From: Zygnema circumcarinatum SAG 698-1b | Lineage: Eukaryota > Plantae > Zygnematophyceae | Direction: 5' to 3' | NCBI GenBank assembly: GCA_037447605.1 | Contig: CM074814.1 | Span: 1,674,001 to 1,738,000 of the forward strand | DNA length: 64,000 bases | In this document: positions 58,602 through 64,000 of the stretch, in pieces | Layout: every line of letters begins with the position of its first letter | Numbering within the stretch: the first letter of the stretch is position 1 | Made by a program: the position numbers and the translations under genes | The notes under the pieces: model-generated | Database searches by the model: none | Told to the model about the DNA's origin: nothing | What the model saw: only the letters and a program-made list of their open reading frames with translations

Positions 58602-61600
58602 ATGGCGGTTACAGAAACTGCAAACGGATTGGCGGATGTGCAAGATGCGAGCGCGGAGTCGCAGGCTTTTGGTGAAGAGAATGGATTGGAGACGGTGAAT
58701 GAAGTTGCGGATGACCTGGCGGCGGCTGAGGGTGGCGATGCGGACGCTGGAGGAGGGGCAGTGGATCTTGAGGAGGACGTGAAGGATATGAGTGAGGATC
58801 TTCTTGGCGCCTCCAACGGTGGAGGACTAGGAAATGTAGTTGTTGGTGGAGATGGAGCTCAGATCGGTACTGGAGAGCAGGAAGCAGCTGGCGAGGGCGA
58901 GGAAGCGGATTTGGGCGCTGTTATGCAAGGGGAAGCAGGCAGCGGCTCTGTGCCAGATGAATCTCTACGATCTGCAGAGGGATTTGAGATTGTAGGAGAT
59001 CCTTCAGGGGCTGCACTGTCCACAAGTCAAGCGGACGTCTCACCTGCATTCCCAAACAGAGGCATTCTTGGTGCTGCTCCAAAGGCGAATGTTGAATCGA
59101 TTGATGCAGCGAAGCGGATGCCGACTTTACTGACGTTTTACCTTGTCAGAGTCCCACGGCCAGACTTGTCTGACATTTTGAAAGAGATACCTACTGCGGA
59201 GATTATGCTGGAAGACAAACGCAAAAAATATCAGTTCATACATACAGCCATAAAGCTGAAGCAGGTGTGCTCGCTGAATCTTGCTAGTAGGCTGAGCATG
59301 GTATGGGATTTTTAGTTTCGATTCATCTGTTGTATCGATGAGATGGTTACGTGGTGATCCGTAAACTTTATGTGGACGATATTGTTTCGCTGTCCTGCTT
59401 GCTGCTCTCGATGTAATCACCGAGGCCTGGCCGGTTAAATGGATTTGTTGGGTACAGAGTGAACGGCGGGAAGTTGCTGAGTTGAGAAGAGAACATCGCG
59501 CTCGGGCGACATCTATATCAGAGGAGGTGAATAGGAAATTTAGTGAAATCAAACCAATGCAAGACAAAGTGAGAGAGATTCGTGACGCTGGAAGCGAAGC
59601 CCGATTTGCTGGGAGAAGTTTGCAAGCGAACTCATTGGAAGAGCTGCAGCAGAGGGTACATCTTTAAACTCTATTGCGAAACCTTATTTCGGCCACCAGT
59701 TCAGTCGAGTTGTTCCCTTTCAAGTTTCCATCTGCTTGGCTAAGTACATTGTGTTTCCGGCCCCCTCCTCTTTTTCGTATCCCCCCTCTTGGAGCCCGCC
59801 TTTTTTCTCTCCTGTTCTCTCAATTTTTCCATTTTTTCCGTCATTTCCTACCTCTTCTCCCTCCCTCCATCTTCTCCTTTTTTTGCCTCCCTTGTTTTTC
59901 TTTCCTTCCCTCTTTCCCATCCTCTCCCACCCTTCCCCCCTCAACCACCCCCCTTCTCATCCCCATTCGTTCTCTTCCTACCTATCTCTTTCCCTCCCTC
60001 CATCCAACTCCGTTCTCTCCTTGCTTATCTCTTTCCCTCCCTCCATCTGACTCCTACCCCCCTCGCTCTTTCCTATCTCCCCCCTTGGAGCTCCCGTCGT
60101 CTCCCACCCGTTCGCTCGATCTTTCCCTTTCTTTCCCTCTGTTCCCCCCCTCCCGATTTCTTTCTCAGTAAATGGTTGCGTACTCGGGTTTCTGCAGATT
60201 GCTGAGATTGAACACAGAATACAGCATGAAAGCATATCATTACAGGAGGAGAAAAAGCTTCTGCGTGAAATGCAAGCTCTGGAAAAGTCCCGCCCTGAAG
60301 TTGAGGCCCATGAGGCTCGGAAGCTGTCAGTGACCGATCAAGAGGGTCATCGAGAAGGTCTTCAGACACAGCTCAAGGTATTGACTCAATGTTGCAGAAG
60401 TAAAATCGTTTGCATAGACGATGCAAGTATTGCTCATCCTATTTAAGGAATTGCAACTTCTACGTCATCCACAAAGATTTGCTGTATCACGTGTTACTAA
60501 GTTAAGCCGGCCGAGCTGAGGTTTGCGAGTAGTGAGCTATTTCTCATCTGCATCTTCTTCTTATTAGTGTATGGAAACTACTTTGTTCAGTTACGGAAGT
60601 TTGTGTTTTGATTGTAAACAAATCGTTCGACCCTGAGTCAACTTTAGTTTCTACAGGAGTTTTATAAAATTCTGTGTGAATTTGCTTTGGACTGCAGCCG
60701 CTACTTGCGGAAGTGGAGGCTCTGAAGTTGCAGCGCGAAGCTGAACGAAGAATAGCCGACTCATTTAACAGCCAAGTGGAGGCCTTGGATGCGGAAATTG
60801 CATCTCTCACCAAAGAACGTCAGGCTGCCTTGGATGGTCAAGAGGCTGCCTACAGTAGACTGAAGCTCCTTCGGCAGGAATCGTATAGCAGGGTGAGGAT
60901 AAAGAGTTTGATACTTCCCACTCAATCATGAGTGCAACATGATTGTAGCCCTTTGCTGGAAGTGTGCTTCTGTCTTCGAAATTCTTCCCACTTTAGAAGT
61001 GGACGTTTCACCCACTCTGTTCTTTTGGGTCATTAAACAGTTTTCAAACATAGTAAACCTTTTTATTGGAGAGGAAATCATGGCCAGAAACAACTGGCAA
61101 GCTTAACAAATTCCCGTGTTGTGTGGGAAAAGCACAGTCTTAGACATATAGGCTGCCGATGCTGCACTGAAACTTCGAATGTCGTCGATTTGGGAAACCT
61201 TCTTAGTAGGCTGCAACTATACCATGAAGAACATCACGCCCATGCAATAGACAGTGATGTTATTTCTGCAGGATTAATCATGCATTGCTCCTTCCATGCA
61301 AGTCGAGTTTTGGTGAGGTCCATAGGCGTAGTCATAGGTCCATAGACCCATATCCACCATAAACTGGGGTCCCGTATGAGTTAATTATAGATGCAAGCAT
61401 GCTATTGCTGCGTGTGCATTAACAATTGCTTGAAAAGGGTCAGCCATTTAACAACGGAGCTTGTTTTTTCCCTCGAACATGGATTATTACCAGTTCTTAT
61501 TCTCAACGTAAGCAACGGCGAAGGGTTCGACGAGTACGCTGACTTGAGATATGAATAGATTTTTCAATGATGTGGAGGACACGAATGTTGACCTAGGGAA

Positions 61601-63771
61601 GTGCGATACTCGCTAATTGATTCGCACACGCATGCAGGAAGTTGACTTCCGCCTTTTCCGGAAAGCTCTCTCGGATGCTCAGCAACTTGCCTCCGCTAAG
61701 GACATCGCTGGCCTCGAGAAATTTTGTGCGGATCAGGTGCGTTGTTGTCAGTATACTTTGGCTGCTCCGTCAAACATAAATTAGCAATTCAATGATGTTC
61801 AAGTAAGTCGTTGTTGATAATCTTTGCTGTAGTTGACCATGTTTTATTGCTGCTGGCATAGGTTGAGAGATTTCATGCAAAGTGGAGTGATCCTCTCTAC
61901 CGCAAGAACTACATAAAGGCCAACGAGAATAGCACTCTTCGCCGATTCCAAAGCCTGGATACTCGTCGTCCTGGGTTGGACGAGGATCCTGCAGAGCTTA
62001 TCAGTGCGTATAGCAAAGAGAAAGAGCAGTCTGGAGGGTTGAAGGAGAAGGCCAACGGAGCTGTACCTCAGAAACATGAGCCGAAGCCATTGAAGATGAA
62101 GCCAAAGAGCGAAGATGTAAAGCAACCCAAAGAGCGAGTAGTTAGCGCTGTGGAGGATTCAAGTACTGGAGAGAAGAAAGAAGTGCTTCCCATGGTTGAC
62201 ATAGACATAAAGCCGAAGTCAGAAGAGTCAGCAGTTAGTACAGAGGCTGCAGAACTGGCCAAGAAAAGGGAGGAAGAATATCAGGTTGCCTTGAAGGAGA
62301 AAAGAAGGGAAGAGGCCTTCGCAAAATCTAAGGAAGCTGAAGAAAGGAAGAAGAGGCTGGCAGAGAAAGTGCAGGCAAGGGCTCAAGTCCGTGCTATGAA
62401 GGACGCCGAGGAAGCTGCTAAGCGGCGAGAGAAAGTGAGTCTTTGCATGTTTTCAGTTTGCTGCCAGATTGGTGACTGAGGGGATTTATGGTCGTTTTAT
62501 TTTGCGGGACTGTGTTGAGATAGTTTGGATAAAAGCAATTACGAAGGTCTGGAATAGCAACTGGCAACTAACTAACTGATGTCAGTAATGGGACCCCATG
62601 CTTGTCGAAACAAAATCATTTAATTTCTGGGTCATGCTGCAAGATACTCTCTGTGCGAGGCTGGTGTGAGGAATGAGAAACTAGGGAAGTGATAAGTACC
62701 TGCATGAGAACACAGTAGTCGCCAAGCTGTCCTGCGCGGCCTTCAGATTATCGCACACCGTATTCAAGGACTAGAAAGAAAGATGCATGAGGGACTGAAG
62801 AGCGGCTGGAAGTGATGCCATTGAATTGAAATGACTCAGATATGATGAGGCTTATCTAAAGATATCAAACTTAGCATTAAGAGTGTGACAATGTAAAATC
62901 TAATTATTTTTTTAGGCTATAAAGAAAGGAGTGCTGCTTATAGTGAGTTATGCGGCCACTATGGGGTAGAGCTAGCACGATAGATTTGGTGGAAAGTGTG
63001 AGACTTGCATACTTGTACGAGGCTGTTAAAGGTAGAAGAAGGTCCTATGTAGGCAGAACGAGATAGGTTTTTTGGCCTTGCTGGAAGATGGTAAGGCGTT
63101 TCGAGATGGGATTGAAGACAAACTAGCACTTTTTCGGTTTCATTATCTTAGAAACACTCAGTGTAAAACCTGTTGGTACAAATTGAATCCCAGAGAATAG
63201 AAGGAGAAGGGCCTGGGGTCCCAAACGAAAAGGAACCCCATGATCCACTCGGCGGCCCATGTGGCAATATGATTTGACTCTACGAATGGCCACGCTTGAG
63301 AAATAGACTTTTTAGACGCGTCTTCTGCGTCATCACTGTCTACTTTCACACTGTTGATCCAATCTCCTCCCGCATGTCTCCTGTGGCGTGATTTAGACCT
63401 CACGAAAGAGTCTCTTTCCTTTTTTTCTACAGGAGAAGCTTCGGAAAGAGCGTAAAAAGGCAGCTTCTAGTGCTGCTGCTCAGGAGTCCGAGGCCGCTGA
63501 AGGTACCTCAGAGGAAGTTGCTGAAGAAGGGTCTGCAGGAGAGCTGCCAGAAACAGTGCCAGCAGCTAAGGAGGACGACTTGTTGACCAGCCGACAGCGC
63601 AAGAGAGCTGCATTGCAGAAAAGGAAAGCAGGTCTTCCTGCAGGGAGGCCTCTGGAGACTGCGCTGGAGAAGCAGTCTGGAAGTTGGCCTCTATCACAGA
63701 TTTATGTGGCAGTACTTGGGGCTGCTGTGATTGTCGTCATTATCGCGGTATTTACTCTACCACACAGCTGA
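58602..63771 (+). CDS. PPI1: Proton pump-interactor (PPI) family protein, tail-anchored coiled coil
   Basis: FYLVRVPRP, IAEIEHRIQHESISLQEEKKLLREM, QVERFHAKWSDPLYRKNYIKANENSTLRRFQSLDTRRPGLDEDP, a KEKRREE...EERKKRLAEK tract and a C-terminal TM IYVAVLGAAVIVVIIAVF. Confidence 0.88.
59715..60165. repeat. Polypyrimidine/polypurine low-complexity tract (intronic); similar tracts at 9880-10000, 11590-12030, 17690-17860, 18425-18560, 19250-19510 and 57330-57415
   Basis: Long CT-only or AG-only stretches read directly. Confidence 0.85.
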
Positions 63772-64000
63772 TGGGAATGCCTATTTCTTGGGTAAGGATG
63801 ATAGTGTGGCGGTAATTGAAGGTGTATTGGAAAGAACTGCATTGTATTCTGTCTGATTGCAACATAATGATCCTTTTCCCCGCTTGGATTTTCTGAGGTC
63901 ATTCTTGGGTTTTTTTTTTTTGGATTGGTGGGGGAACTCTAACCTCATAAAGTAATATGAAGTGTTTTGTTGCTTTCAAGCATTATATGTAATCCATTGA

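Noticed and set aside
1-64000. rRNA, tRNA, intact transposase/retrotransposon or viral genes
   Set aside because: None was recognised by eye. tRNAscan-SE, Infernal and a repeat-library search would be needed to exclude them.

Overview
Eukaryotic nuclear DNA with GT-AG introns from a streptophyte plant lineage. It is probably a streptophyte green alga; this is an inference from plant-type genes occurring together with an omega-like Cys-GST and helicase-associated (HA) repeats that are not typical of land plants. Recognisable multi-exon genes are: MED25/PFT1 (5' part), a Cys-type GST, an F-box/LRR gene, a coiled-coil protein, trifunctional RHM, a PHD-ELM2-Cys/Trp-finger gene apparently extended by HA repeats, holocarboxylase synthetase, FIP1/TMEM192, ATG13, a SEC12/PHF1-type WD40 protein and proton-pump interactor. 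A P450 pseudogene and a few unknown ORFs are also present. Most genes sit in head-to-head pairs. Intergenic DNA holds several non-autonomous TIR elements with readable target-site duplications, plus a circularly permuted mitochondrial insertion carrying an intact rps1. The most striking unexplained signal is a fixed-geometry 50-54 bp dyad, CCAAT-N9-CCACG...CGTGG-N9-ATTGG (two inverted ERSE-type elements). It recurs seven times, in promoters and inside a transposon. No CRISPR, rRNA or tRNA was recognised. Exon boundaries were read by eye and are approximate.
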